Positions 13,020 through 27,057 of a DNA stretch of 64,000 nucleotides are shown piece after piece. Made by a program: the position numbers and the translations under genes. The notes beneath the pieces are model-generated. The model searched no databases and was not told the origin of the DNA. It saw nothing but the letters and a program-made list of their open reading frames with translations. The first letter of the stretch is position 1, and each line of letters starts with the position of its first letter. The stretch covers positions 48,608,001 through 48,672,000 of the forward strand of contig OX597832.1 in the NCBI GenBank assembly GCA_951406725.2, given 5' to 3'. This stretch comes from Octopus vulgaris (lineage: Eukaryota).

Positions 13020-13310
13020 CAACTGCCACCAAAATTTTGCCTGGCGTGCTAACGATTCTGGTAGAGTTGCAAAGAACATAAATATTTATTTTTCAAGTGC
13101 CCACAAGGGGCTAAACATAGAGGGGACAAACAAGGACAGACAAAGGCATTAAGACGATTACATCGACACTAGTGCGTGACTGGTACTTAATTTATCGACT
13201 CCGAAAGGATGAAAGGCAAATTCGACCTCGGCTGAATTTGAACTCAGAACGTAAAGACGGACGAACTGCCGCCAAAAATTTTGCCTGGTGTGCTAACGAT
13301 TCTGGCAGCG
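13020..13310 (-). mobile_element. SINE family B
   Basis: Core and tail motifs. Confidence 0.85.
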
Positions 13311-13696
13311 TTGCAAAGAATATAGATATTAAAAAAGACAAGGAGAACTGTTGATACTGTAATTTCCAAATTTCACAGTCGCTACCACTACATACTTCAC
13401 AATTAATGCTCCTGAATATTTTTACACATTTCAAACACATCAGAGCCCTACTTCAATATTAAAGTTGTCATAATAGTAGTATAAATATTTTTTTTTCAAA
13501 AACCTTGCACATACAGCGAAAACCCTTCCGGGAATAACAGCGTGCGAAGAATTATCTAAGAATATGGCATTATTGACAACTCTACTAATTCATTCAGTGT
13601 ATTTTTATTCCGTTATTCTATCACATGAATCAACTCTCTCTCTCTGTGTGTGTATTTATATGTTTATGAATATATATATATATATTTTTATTCATA

Positions 13697-13746
<50 letters not shown>

Positions 13747-13812
13747 ATTGCATACATTTTATATATGATTGTGTATGAATATATGTGCATAAGTATGTAT
13801 GTATTTGTTAAC

Positions 13813-13855
<43 letters not shown>

Positions 13856-14934
13856 CTTATGTGTGTGTGTGTGTTTGTATATGTGTTTGCACATGTGTGG
13901 GTGTGTCTGAGAGAAACTGGAAGTTTATCAAAAAATACAGAAGAGAGAGTGAGAGAAAGAGAGAAAGTGGATAAGAAAAGGAGAGGGAGGAAACAGAACA
14001 CTCGTACAAAAATATGTATGTATGTGTGTGCGAGTTTGTGCGTGCGTATGTGTGTGAATTGGTAAATGGGTGCGCCCGTGTGTATGTGTATGTGTGTGTG
14101 TGTGTGTCTGTGTTTAGGCGTGTGTGTATGCGAGTGAAAGTCATTGAGAGCCAGGTGTGTGTGTATATAAATTTCCTTTTGGCTGTTTATCGGATCCAGT
14201 GTAATATTTCTGAATTTATTGTTAGTTACACATCTATTGTTCGTCGGTTCTATTGATAAATCTGTTTCCAATAGTGAAATAATGGTTGTAGAAATGGCGA
14301 ATTGGTTTCATGTTACAGGAACCAAAAAACAAAAAAAAACAAAAAAAAAAAAAAAAAAAAAAAAAACAACAATAACAACAACATAAAATTTATCGATAAT
14401 CCATTTATATCCGAGCTTCTGCTCTAATCACATTTACACTGAACTTACTCCATAATTTGTTAGATTTACAGTTTTACATTCTTTAACGTTCTCAGTGAAT
14501 GGCGGTAAAAATGGGGAGCAAAGGAAATATTATTTATAGTAAATATGTTGCTTTCAGACATTTTCTTTCGTCAATAAATAAATAAACAAATAAATAAACG
14601 ATAAATATATATTTTAAGAATAACAAAAAAAAAAAACTGAAGATCATTGATACTTAAGTGCAACTTTTTAAACGCTGAACGCAAAAACCATTTAAATATT
14701 GCATATAGAAAGAGAGGTCGCTATAACGATTGTCTGTGTAATCTCGTGTACATTCCCCTCGCTTTTTTAATGCAAATCAACTAACTGTGTGTTATCGTTG
14801 GAGTTTATAGAGGGGCTCAACCTTTGTTCACCTTCAAAAATGACATAACGTATTTTAGTGTATCGACAGTTGGCGACGGTATCGTAACAATCCACGTGGG
14901 TAAAAATGTCAGCAAATGTCTAAGAAAGGTCAAA

Positions 14935-15425
14935 GGCGCAGATGTGGCTGTGCGATAAGTAGCTTGCTTACCAGCCACACGGTCCCGGATTCAGTCCCAC
15001 AGCGTGGAACCTTGGGCAAGTGTCTTCTACTATAGCCTCGGGCCGACCAAAGCCTTGTGAGTGGATTTGGTAGACGGAAATTGAAAGAAGCCCGTCGTAT
15101 ATGTATATATATATATGTGCGTGTGCGTGTGTGTGCGTGTGCGCGTGTGTGCGTGCGTGTGTGTGTGTATGTATGTATGTATGTATGTATGTATGTATGT
15201 ATGTATGTATATGTATATGTTTGTGTCTGTTTGTCCCCCAGCATCGCTTGACAACCGATGCTGGTGTGTTTAGGTCCCCGTAACTTAGCGGTTCGGCATA
15301 AGAGACTGATAGAATAAGTACTGGGCTTACAAAGAAGAAGTCCTGGGGTTGATTTGCTCGACTAAAGGCCGTGCTCCAGCATGGCCACAGTCAAATGACT
15401 GAAACAAGTAAAAGAGTAAAAGAGA
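14935..15425 (+). mobile_element. SINE family A with expanded internal microsatellite
   Basis: Head, (TG)/(TATG) interior and tail. Confidence 0.9.
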
Positions 15426-15539
15426 GAGTAAATATTTGATGCATACCAGATTTAATGTTATACAAGACTTTCTTCTCTCTCTGCCCCAAATATCAGTAGG
15501 GGTGCACATGTATGCAAAAGCGAGCTTTGTACTGATTTC

Positions 15540-15960
15540 AAATTTTGGCACGAGGCCAGCAATTCTGGGGTTGTGTTAATTTGATTACAACTACGCCAGT
15601 GGCCAACTGGTACATATTTTATCGATCCCGAAGGAATAAAAAGCAAAGTTGTCCTCGGCAGAATTTGAACTCAGAACGTAAAGACGTACGAAATGCCGCT
15701 ATCGATTTTGCCAGCTCACCACCTGCATAATGACCCTTTCTACTTATAGGCGCAGTGCCCCCAATGCCTGAATTTTGCTTTAGGGGAGAGAGCTAGTCAA
15801 TTAAATCGAACTCAGTGCTCAACTGATTCTTATTTTATCGACCTCGAAATGATGAAAGGCAAAGTCGACCCCGGCAGAATTTGAACTCAGAACACAAGGA
15901 CAGACGAAATACCGTTATACATTTCCCCCGGCGTGCTAACTGTACTGCCGGATCGCCGCC
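15540..15960 (-). mobile_element. Two old SINE family B-related copies
   Basis: Degenerate AAAGGCAAAGTCGACC...GAATTTGAACTCAGAAC motifs. Confidence 0.75.
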
Positions 15961-15990
15961 TTTAATTTAGGCTCTGCATTACATGCTTAT

Positions 15991-16309
15991 GAGGCGCAAT
16001 GGCCCAGTGGTTAGGGCAGCAAACTCGCAGCCGGAGGATCGCGGTTTCGATTCCCAGACCAGGCGTTGTGTGTGTTTATTGAGCGAAAACACCCAAAAGC
16101 TCCACGAGGCTCCTGCAGGGGGGGGGGGGGGGCTGTTGTACTCTTTCGCCCCAATTTTCTCTCACTCTCTCTTCCTGTTTCTTGAATAACGCTGCGATGG
16201 ACTGGCGTCCTGTCCAGCTGGGGGGGGGGGACACATACGCCACAGAAACCGGGAAACCGGGCCCATGAGCCTGGCTAGGCTTGAAAAAGGCGCATAAATA
16301 AATTAAAGA
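15991..16309 (+). mobile_element. SINE family C (tail type 2)
   Basis: Head GAGGCGCAATGGCCCAGTGGTTAGGGCAGC. Flanking ATTACATGC duplication. Confidence 0.85.
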
Positions 16310-16339
16310 ATTACATGCGTAAATGCACTGCGTCAACAC

Positions 16340-16748
16340 CGCTTGAGAATCGGTGGTGGGGACAAACACCGTCACAAAGACGCACACACGCGCGCACATG
16401 CATATGTATGTATGTGTGTGTGTGTGTGTATGTGTGAGTGTATACGTATGTGTGTGTGTGTGTGTACGTATGTGTATACGAATGTGTATGTGTATGTGTG
16501 TGTGAGTGTGTGTATATGTATGTGAGTGTGTGTATATGTATGTGTATGTGTGTGTGTGTATATGTATGTGTTTGTGTTTGTGACGGCTTTCTTTCTGCTT
16601 CCGTCTACCAAATGCACTCACAAGGCTTAGGTCGGCCCGAGGTCATGGTTCAAGACACTTCCACCAAGGTGCCTCGCAGTGGGACTGAACCCAGAGCCCC
16701 ATGTGGTTGGGAAAGCAAGCTTCTTGTCACGCAGCCAGCCCTGCGCCT
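16340..16748 (-). mobile_element. SINE family A, diverged
   Basis: TTCCGTCTACCAAAT...GGGACTGAACCC...CTGCGCC. Confidence 0.8.
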
Positions 16749-17212
16749 ATGTTCAAAAGTATTGATTCTAAAACGCATACTCGTACACACAAAACACATT
16801 TACTATGTGTTATCATTTCGAAATGGCGTGATATTTCGTGATATTTTTAATTTTTGTTTCCAATATCAACTTCAGTTTATGTATTATTATCAGAGCGTTC
16901 AACGTATCAAAAGTCACTGAAGAAATGGATGCATAATATCTACAAGGGAACTCAGGAATCAGATGTTATTGCAATCTATCATAATAAATAATGACAGAAA
17001 TTGAAATAGAAGTTACGTTTGCCAACAACCTTCCTGGTGATAATGGATAGGGAACAATAATATAAGTCATCATATATGCCTAGACGGATATATAAACGTA
17101 GATATATACATATATTCGCAGCTGCATAGAAACGCGTGTGTATGTATATGCCATGATATGTAAATGTGCGCAGGTAAGTTAACCTGTGTATGCTTATATG
17201 TATATATATATA

Positions 17213-17245
<33 letters not shown>

Positions 17246-17365
17246 TGTATGTATGTATGTATGTATGTATGTATGTATGTATTTATATATATATACATAT
17301 GATATATACATGTACACATGTTCATATATATATATATTTACTTATATATATACATATATACATGT

Positions 17366-17419
<54 letters not shown>

Positions 17420-17508
17420 TATATATGTATGTAATATATGTATACTTTATATATATTTATATATATATATATACATACATATATACACACACACATATAT
17501 ACATACAC

Positions 17509-17545
<37 letters not shown>

Positions 17546-17911
17546 CACACATGTATACATATATATTTGTGTGTGTATATATGTATGTATGTATGTATGT
17601 ATGCATGTATGTATATACATATACATATACACACTCACATATATAAACACATACATGCAAATGTAAAAGAGAAAATATTCACATAAAATTTTTGAATGAC
17701 ATAAAATATTAACTTTTGCAGAATAAAATTGTTCAGAAACGAAGCATTAAAAGTAAAAATAAAAGTCATTATTCTGTGTTTCTTATGAATTGTTCATAAT
17801 TCCATTCCACAATAAATTGCTCTTTGGAATTGGAATTTTCGTTATGTAGCGGCGACCAAAATTATTAGGAAACCGAAAGTTTTAATTGCTATCGATATTG
17901 AGGTATAGGAA

Positions 17912-19410
17912 AGGCAGAGAGCTGGCAGAATCGTTAGCCCGCTGGACGGAATGCTTAGCCGTATTTCGTTTGCCGCTACGTTCTGAGTTCAAATTCCGCG
18001 AGGTCGACTTTGCCTTTCATTTTTTCGGGGTTGACTAAATAAGAGCCAGTTACGCACGGGGGTCGATGTAATCGCCTCAATCCGTTTGACTGTCCTTGTT
18101 TGTCCCCTCTGTGCTTAGCCCCTTGTGGGCAGTAAAGAAATAGGTATTTCGTCTGCCGTTACATTCTGAGTTCAAATTTCAGCGAGGTCGACTTTGCCTT
18201 TCACCCTTTCGGAGTCGATAAACTAAGTACCAGTTAAACCCCGGGGTCGATTTAATCGACTTAATACCTTTGTCTGTCCTTGTTTTCCCCCTCTATGTTT
18301 AGCCCCTTGTGGGCAATAAAGAAATAAGAATCGTTCGCACGCTGGACGAAATGCTTAGCCGTATTTCGCCAGTAGCTACGTTCTGAGTTCGAATTCAACC
18401 GCGGTCAATTTTAGTTTTCATCTTTTCGGGGTTGATAAAATTAGTACCAGTGATGTGCTGGGGTCGATGTAATCGACTTAATACCTTCCCCCAAAATTTA
18501 AGACATTGTGCTTCCAGCTGAAAGGATATTAAGGTACGGAAATGTTACGAGCTGGTAAAATCGTTAGCACGCCGGCCATGTTTGGTGGCATTTCGTTCAT
18601 CCTAGCGCTTTAAGTTCAAATTCTACTGAAGTGGACTTTGCCTCTCATCGTTTCGGGGTCGATGCAATAAGTACCAGTTACGTACTGGAGGTCGATGTAA
18701 TCGACTAGCTCCGCACTGACCCAAAGTTTTATCAGGCTTTGTGCCTATAGTAGAAAGGTTTTTAAGGTACGGGAAAGGTGCTGACGTGGCAGAATCGTTA
18801 GCACGCCGGGCAAAATGCTTAGCGGCGTTTCGTCCATCTTTACGTTCTGAGTTCGAATTCCACCGAGGTCGACTTTATTTTTTATTCCTTTCGGCATCGA
18901 TAAAATAAGTACTTATTTCTTTATTACCCACAAGGGGCTAAACACAGAGGGGACAAACAAGGACAGACATAGGTATTAAGTCGATTACATCGACCCCAGT
19001 GCGTAACTGGTACTTAATTTATCGACCCCGAAAGGATGAAAGGCAAAGTCGACCTCGGCGGAATTTGAACTCAAACGTAACAGCTGATGAAATACCTATT
19101 TCTTTACTACCCACAAGGGGCTAAAAACAGAGGGGACAAACAAAGACAGACATAGGTATTAAGTCGATTACATCGACCCCAGTGCGTAACTGGCACTTAA
19201 TTTATCGACCCCGAAAGGATGAAAGGCAAAGTCGACCTCGGCGGAATTTGAACTCACAACGTAACGCAGACGAAATACCGCTAAGCATTTCGCCCGGCGT
19301 GCTAATGTTTCTGCCAGCTCGCCGCCTTAAAATAAGTACCAGTTGAGCACTGGGGCCGATGTATTTGGCTTCCCACCTCCTCCGAAAATGCTGGCCTTTT
19401 GCCAAAATTG
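17912..19410. mobile_element. Dense cluster of at least 7 SINE family B copies (plus 17912-18910, minus 18912-19327)
   Basis: Repeated core GTCGACTTTGCCTTTCATCCTTTCGGGGTCGATAAA and its reverse complement. Confidence 0.9.
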
Positions 19411-19777
19411 GAATCGATATTATGCTACAGATGCAGGAATAACTTTCTAGACACTGAAGGTCTGGAACCCCTGATAGACGGCACGTATTTACGAAGGGGA
19501 ACTTCAGATTTCCGCGGCTGCCACATTAGTTAATTGGTACCTTGCAGAGATTAGTACTTTATACTCTACAGTATTAATAAACTTGCCTCATTTATACTAA
19601 TGTACAGGTACGTGTATTTACTTTAATAACACAGTGTACCCCGATTTTTGTCCTCGGGTAGCAACTGATATTTCCTATTTGCTTACCCCTAGAAAGTATG
19701 AAAAGTGGCTAACATTTCCCCTAAACGTTGATTTTGTTACATTTATTCAAATCCCAAATGTATAACATTGCATATGT

Positions 19778-20161
19778 GGAGGCGCAATGGCCCAGTGGTT
19801 AGGGCAGCGGACTCGCGGTCGTAGGATTGCGGTTTCGATTCCTAGACCGGGCGTTGTGAGTGTTTATTGAGCGAAAACACCTAAAAAAGCTCCACGAGGC
19901 TCCGGCAGGGGATGGTGGTGATCCCTGCTGTACTCTTTCACCACAACTTTCTCTCACTCTTACTTCCTGTTTCTGTTGTACCTGTATTTCAAAGGGCCGG
20001 CCTTGTCACTCTCTGTGTCACGCTGAATATCCCCGAGAACTACGTTAAGAGTACACGTGTCTGTGGAGTGCTCAGCCACTTACACGATAATTTCACGAGC
20101 AGGCTGTTCCGTTGATCGGATCAACCGGAACCCTCGTCGTCGTAACCGACGGAGTGCTTCC
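19778..20161 (+). mobile_element. Full-length SINE family C (tail type 1) with TSD
   Basis: A box TGGCCCAGTGG, B box GGTTTCGATTCC. AACATTGCATATGT(GGA) is duplicated at 19764 and 20162. Confidence 0.92.
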
Positions 20162-20625
20162 AACATTGCATATGTGGACAGATTTACCTGCTTTTACCAT
20201 CCTACCATATTTTCGTTTCATATTTTCCAGAATAAATAGGAGCGAATAACATTCATGCATGCCTTTGACGCTTTTTGAGTATTTGAGCATTTGATTTGAT
20301 TATTTTAGCTTTAATTTTACATTTTTTTCCAAGTAATTATATTTAAGTTTCTTCTGAAAAAAAAACGAAACATTTTTATTACGTAAATAGTTGAAATGTT
20401 GCCACTTTCAAAATGTGATAAATATCGCAATATTAAAGTAGAAAAAAGTACGATACGTGACCTACATCTAATTATTGAATTTTTTTTTGTCCATACTGTT
20501 GTAAATGGAATTGAAAAATGTTTGACCACGAATTACGGTACTATTTTGCTCCTTGGCATTCGTAGCAACTTTGTTTACCGGTATATTTTCATATCTGGAC
20601 CGAACTCGAAAACACACAAACATGT

Positions 20626-20668
<43 letters not shown>

Positions 20669-21201
20669 TTTGTGTCTGTGTTTGGACCCCAACCAGTGCT
20701 TGACACCCGGTGTTGGTGTGTTTAGGCCCACCCCTTATCTTAGCGGATTGGTAAATCAGGTCGATAGAATAAGTATCAGGCTTTTAAAAAACAAGTAGTG
20801 GGATCTATCCATTTGATTAAAATTCCTTCAGGGCGGTGCCCCAGCATGGCCGCAGTCTAATGATTGAAACAAGTAAAAAATAAAATATATATATATACAT
20901 ATATGTGCACGCATAGAAATATATATATATATATAAGCACATACACCAAAATACACACACATATATGCACGTGTATATATATGTATATATATATATATAT
21001 AAATATATATATAAATATATATATATATATAAATGTCCATTTCCTTGGCTTTGAGTTTATGTTTTCGTTTCTCATTGTGTTCGACGTTTTTTTTTTGGTG
21101 TCCTGTACCCATATATGCATGTATATATACATGTAGAGGTAGGTACGTACATATATGTATGTATATATGCATATGTTTTATTATATATATATATATATGT
21201 T

Positions 21202-21243
<42 letters not shown>

Positions 21244-22134
21244 ATGCACATATGTATGTATGTTCTGGAGGCTAATATATTCTTTACGTTAATGCTTGTG
21301 ATGTATTTGTACGTCACAGTTTTTTCTATTTCTCCACTTCTAAAAAAGAGAGCTTCAGCGGAGTTAACTGTTAATATTTGCTTAACCGGTGAAGTATGCA
21401 AGACGAAAGAAGAGTACCAAGTGATGCGGAAAAATGGGACCATTTAATGTAAGCCAAGAATGTTGTGTTTTCATGTTTGAACACAGCAAGCACTGTGCAC
21501 CTTTTATCTCTCACACTTCACCATTAACTACAGCTGGTCTAATAAAACGGTAAAATTCCTAAAATAATACAGCCTCTTCAAGCACATTTTCTACGTGAAA
21601 CTTCTACCTATGTCTATTACTTGGTTGCTTTCTCGGTTGGTTGGGTTTTTTTTTTTTTGGAATATTGTGTGTTTTGTCAACATTTGGGAAGATCGCTAAT
21701 TTCTCGAAATTTCTGTTTTAGTTTGTTGTTCTTTATTACTCTCTACATTCATTTCTATGATGTTGTTTTTATGAATTTGAACCTGAAACTATGTAGAAAT
21801 GACTGAGGATAACTGAGAAGTTAGTGGAGTGGTGTGAGGGAGTGTTTTACAAACGGTTGTACAGTATTAAGTTAAGGATTTTAAGTCCAAAATCTACAGG
21901 GGTCAGTTTTATCGTTCAAGTACGAAAGCAGGGTAAATAATTGCGTGAAATAAAAAAAAACCCCACCAAACTCATTCTGCTCTCTAAATTACCCACAATC
22001 TAATTTTAAATCAATTAATTTTTCCTGATTGCCTACCTTAGATTTAACTTCTCATCTAAGATAATTAGGTGAACTCATTAACTGTTATTGAGATAAAAGT
22101 ATCTCGTACTAGACGTCAGCGTGCAGCTTAATAT

Positions 22135-22378
22135 CTGCGACGATTTCATCTCAATCGAAGGAGAGGGGCTTTCTCCGCCCGGGTTGCGGATCCGTGGAAT
22201 AAGCTGCCGGACGAGATAGTGAAGATGCCGACGACCGCTCGGTTCAAAGTCTCTCTTGACCAGAAATGGCATGAATTCTTTGCATGAACACCCTCCCTGT
22301 ACATAACTTCATGTCCCCCTACATGGCCTTGCTTTTGCTTTTTGAGCCAATAAAAATTGAATTGAATTGAATTGAATA
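22135..22378 (+). mobile_element. 5'-truncated CR1-group LINE 3' end
   Basis: LRRFHLNRRRGAFSARVADPWNKLPDEIVKMPTTARFKVSLDQKWHEFFA* (stop 22285-22287; FSxRV..WNxLP..FK..LD motif), followed by a (ATTGA)n tail. Confidence 0.9.
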
Positions 22379-22884
22379 TAAGTATCCCGTACCAGACATC
22401 AGCTTGCAGCTTAATATTTCAATGGTCTTCTTTGGGGATCTGTAACCTTGAACAAAATCTCAAGACAAGTAATGTTAGCCGGAGTCTGCTGAGAACGATT
22501 CTAGTATCAGGGGTAGGGTGTCGTTTCAGAATTAATCATTAATCGAAAAAGCATCAGAAAATTAATAATTTCTCTTCATCATTAGTGTAATTTTAATTAA
22601 TTAAACGTATTGGTTTATTACATTAAGCATGTCAACACTAGCTTTACCGTTTGGTTATCATGCAGATAGTGTACTTGGGTTTTATTCCATAATCCTTATA
22701 TTAGTAGACTATAACCCTAATCCATCTCCAAGAATTCACTTGTACTAAGACCAAACAACTCATGATCTTCATCGGTGTCGGTCGCTTATTTTTCATTTCA
22801 TGTATGTCATTTATACCTTTGAAATACCACGATCGTTAAAACTTCACATTTATTCCTCACTTTGTTTTTTCAGTGTTGGTATCT

Positions 22885-23140
22885 TTTTGTCTCAAACAAG
22901 GCTTGAGGCCGCTGTAGCGTTAAAGACTACAAAGAAGGAAAAGAAGGGGCCTAAAAAATTCAAAAGATGTCGATTGACAGAACAGAATATCAGATCAGAG
23001 GACAATAAGACGATGGTAGAGAGTTCCAGAGAGCAATTGTTTGAGGAAAGAAGCTATTAGAATTATAAGACTTATGTCTACCTGGTAACTCAACGATGAA
23101 AGGGTAGATCCAGGAAGACAAGCGGGTGTCACGTTTAGAG
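22885..23140 (-). mobile_element. Degraded CR1/L2/Jockey-group LINE 3' end
   Basis: Minus strand translates TRLSS...NSFFPQTIALWNSLP. Confidence 0.75.
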
Positions 23141-24660
23141 AATGTCACCGACGGTACTTGACCAAAAAGTTTTCATAAAGATGTTAAAATAACATTAGTA
23201 TCTGGATACATGGTGAGAGTTGTCCAGCATAGGCATCGTCTTGGTTTTTGTTACTACTCTGGGTTTTTATTTTGTTAAGCAGATGGTAGTACCAAAAGTC
23301 CTTATTTAAGTGTGTGACGACCATGTCTCATGTTGTACCGGTCCCAGACGCCTCCAGTATAATATGCCATGAATTTAGCGATTGCTGGAGTACTATACAG
23401 TGTTAAGCTTCTCGTAAATCGATCTTGCAAGCGCGGTGTTGCTTTGCGGTTGTCTTCAATTTTTATCTTTCTTGCAAAAGTACGATCTGACAGGGAACCA
23501 CCGACTGTAAACAAATAAGAGAACCAGGAAGATCTCGTGTAGCCTAATTGATATAGAAATCACAATATCAAAATGTTTAGAAATAAAAGAAATATTATCA
23601 CAATGATGGAGATATTTTCGTCTCCAGTTCTTTCAAATTATACAAGATTCATGTTATTAAGATATATATGAATATCACACCTTATTACTATGTCAAGTAT
23701 CGAATAGAATATTATGATATTAAGTAAAGATCTATTTGATCTTTGCGGTTATCAAGTTTAGATCTTTTTACAGGTTTCAGTTCTATTATCCCTTTTATAC
23801 TCAGGAAATGAAGAACGTCTAATAATACGATGACGCCATTTTAATCTACTTTGCTCTCAACTCTCATAAATAGAAGCAGTGAAAATTGTTAATTATAGAA
23901 TATTATTGTGAATATTATTTTTGTTAAAACGGAATGTTTATTTGATGTGCTTTCTTTTGACTAATCTCAAAAATAATTTCTTTGAAAAACGAATGTAATG
24001 CATTGAAAAGATGATAAAAAATATCACCGCTGCTTTAAAATAAATACTGAAAATGTTATCAGCAGCTGATATTTATCCATAGAATAGGTCAGCAACAAGT
24101 AGACCACGACCCATAATTGGACCACAGAAGTGTTCTGTGTGGGTCTCATGCTTTTCCTTTTAATGTATTTATGGGCCATGCACAGTCGATGACTTTAAAT
24201 GGACTTCTGCGTCTGGTTTCGGTTCATAATTCCTTACGTAAATATTGCTAGCGATTGAAATGTAGGAAGATACGCGAGGATACGTTCATATGTTAGATAT
24301 GACGTAATATAAAATGTAGGCCACAAGCTAGTTACGAAAATCAAAAGTGAGCTATCTCCAAAGGAATTTGCAGACACCTAGCTTTCAGCCTCTGTATAGC
24401 TAGATGACGAAAATTGAAATATTTTCAGAGTTTGCATTTCCACGGTGAGGGGAATTGTGGAAAGTGTTTAGTGCAATTCTTGTTAGAGGAGAAAAAGATT
24501 CAGCAAGGAAGGAGGGCGATACGGTATCAGTAAGTGGGGCTGAGAGGAGAAACAGCAAGTCTGCACGCTCATGGCTGTAGCATATTCCTGAGTTTGTTTT
24601 TTCAATCAGTTGGGTGGTTATTTATTATTTGTTTTTCCTTTGATATTTCCACGTCGTAGT

Positions 24661-24691
<31 letters not shown>

Positions 24692-25026
24692 CTTTCACAG
24701 ATACGTCAGTAATACTAGAGTTTTGTGGAGGATCAAGAACTAAACATAGCAAGCACTGATTGAAAGTCGGTCAGCGAGAGAGAGAGAGAGGGCGGAGGTA
24801 GGTAGGAAGACGAGAGACAGAGACTCGTGTACTCATGCAATGATGGTGTACTCTGTCAAGAAATGATGTGAGTCGGAGCGAGGACATAGGTGATAACTTT
24901 CGAATGTACTTCTTAAGATATGCATATCTTGGAAGGCTTTGATGAGGTCAAATGCAATAGCATTACCTTCTCAGAAGTTCTTAAGAGAATTTAAAAAAAA
25001 ACACACTAGATACCTTGAAAAAGTAC

Positions 25027-25114
<88 letters not shown>

Positions 25115-25171
25115 CTTTCTCTCTCTCTCACTCACTCTCTCTCTCTCTATATATATATATATGTCTGTCTG

Positions 25172-25280
<109 letters not shown>

Positions 25281-25312
25281 ATCTCTCTCTCTCCATCTCT
25301 CTCTCTCTCTCT

Positions 25313-25345
<33 letters not shown>

Positions 25346-25506
25346 CGTAGGAGTGGATGTGTGGTTAGTAGCTTGCTCCAGGTTAAGTCCCACTGCGTGG
25401 CACCTTCGGCAAGTTTCTTCTACCATAGCCTCTTGAGTAGATTTGGTAGACGGAAACTGAAAAAGACCCGTCGTATATATCTATCTATATATATATATAT
25501 TTGTGC

Positions 25507-25561
<55 letters not shown>

Positions 25562-26216
25562 AGACACGAGGAAGTTTCGTCAGGGTGACTCAAACAAATA
25601 AGTGTTAAAAGTGGTATGCCACTAAAATTCCAATTTGAACTGCAGTTGGAGATGTAATTTTGTGATTGCCTTTCCAAAACGGCTAGAAGTGGCTTCCCTT
25701 TGAATCGGTAATTATATATTAAAGTAAAAAAGAAACAGGAAACAATTTGACAGTACTTGACAAAGGACATTAATGTAGCTATATAATAAAAGGTTTAAAT
25801 AGTCTCCAACAGCTGTTTCAAGAATACCCCACCTATTAAAACATCGTGTCGAACGAGGATCACATAGACTGAGTATGCGTCCATTTTCCCTCGCCATGGA
25901 TTACTGTCCAATCACTCTGTCTGTTCATGGATATACCTTATGAATATTTGTTTTAATTGATCAGAATTAGACTAGAGATTGGGTGACAAAGATTTTTCAT
26001 TATAATGTTGCTACAATTAAAAAATATAATTTGTACCAGAATGCCCTCTTGCATATTGATCTTGAATATAAATATATTTTCTCTCAGTAGTCTATTCAAA
26101 TGCCTATAACACTAAACGAACATCGGAGAATAAATTACGATGTTTAATACGTGATTGAAAATTCGATACGTATGGATTGAAACGTAGTTTTCAGGTAAGT
26201 ATAAATGCTATACCAT

Positions 26217-26275
<59 letters not shown>

Positions 26276-26322
26276 AATATACATATATATATATATACAT
26301 ACATAGATATATATATACATAC

Positions 26323-26353
<31 letters not shown>

Positions 26354-26360
26354 CATATAT

Positions 26361-26453
<93 letters not shown>

Positions 26454-26958
26454 TATGCATGCACATACATATATGTATGTATATACATACAATAGTCGTT
26501 TATAAGTCGTTCTTTTTTTATTCTAAGGCAAAGAACGGTTTTGCCAGGAGTCAATTTCTTTTATTTTTTGTAAGTGAACTAAGTTTAAGCATAATGGAAT
26601 GGAACATATAATTAAATCTTTATACATTTAATTAGATTTGCTGTTCCAGTTTCAACTATGTAGCCCTTCATATTCGTATATAGCAGTTTCCATTTTGATT
26701 TCAGTGAATTCTATTCAATGTAAAGTAATTAAAGGCCTATTAATGAGGTTACATCATTTGCAACACAAAAGAAAACGTTCTCGCTAAGAGAGAAGTAGGA
26801 AAGTTATTTAATGGCAGTATTTCGCAATTTTTGTTCTAAATTCATTTACGCATATACGTAAGTATGTATGTGTGTATGTATGTATGTATGTGTGTATGTA
26901 TGTATGTATGTATGTATGTATGTATGTATGTATGTATGTATGTATGTATGTATGTATG

Positions 26959-27057
<99 letters not shown>

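Noticed and set aside
14866-14882. ACAGTTGGCGACGGT resembling an LTR end plus Gypsy primer-binding site
   Set aside because: No paired LTR, gag/pol or PPT found.
24080-24150. Possible ancient hAT terminus
   Set aside because: Too degenerate; no partner TIR or TSD.
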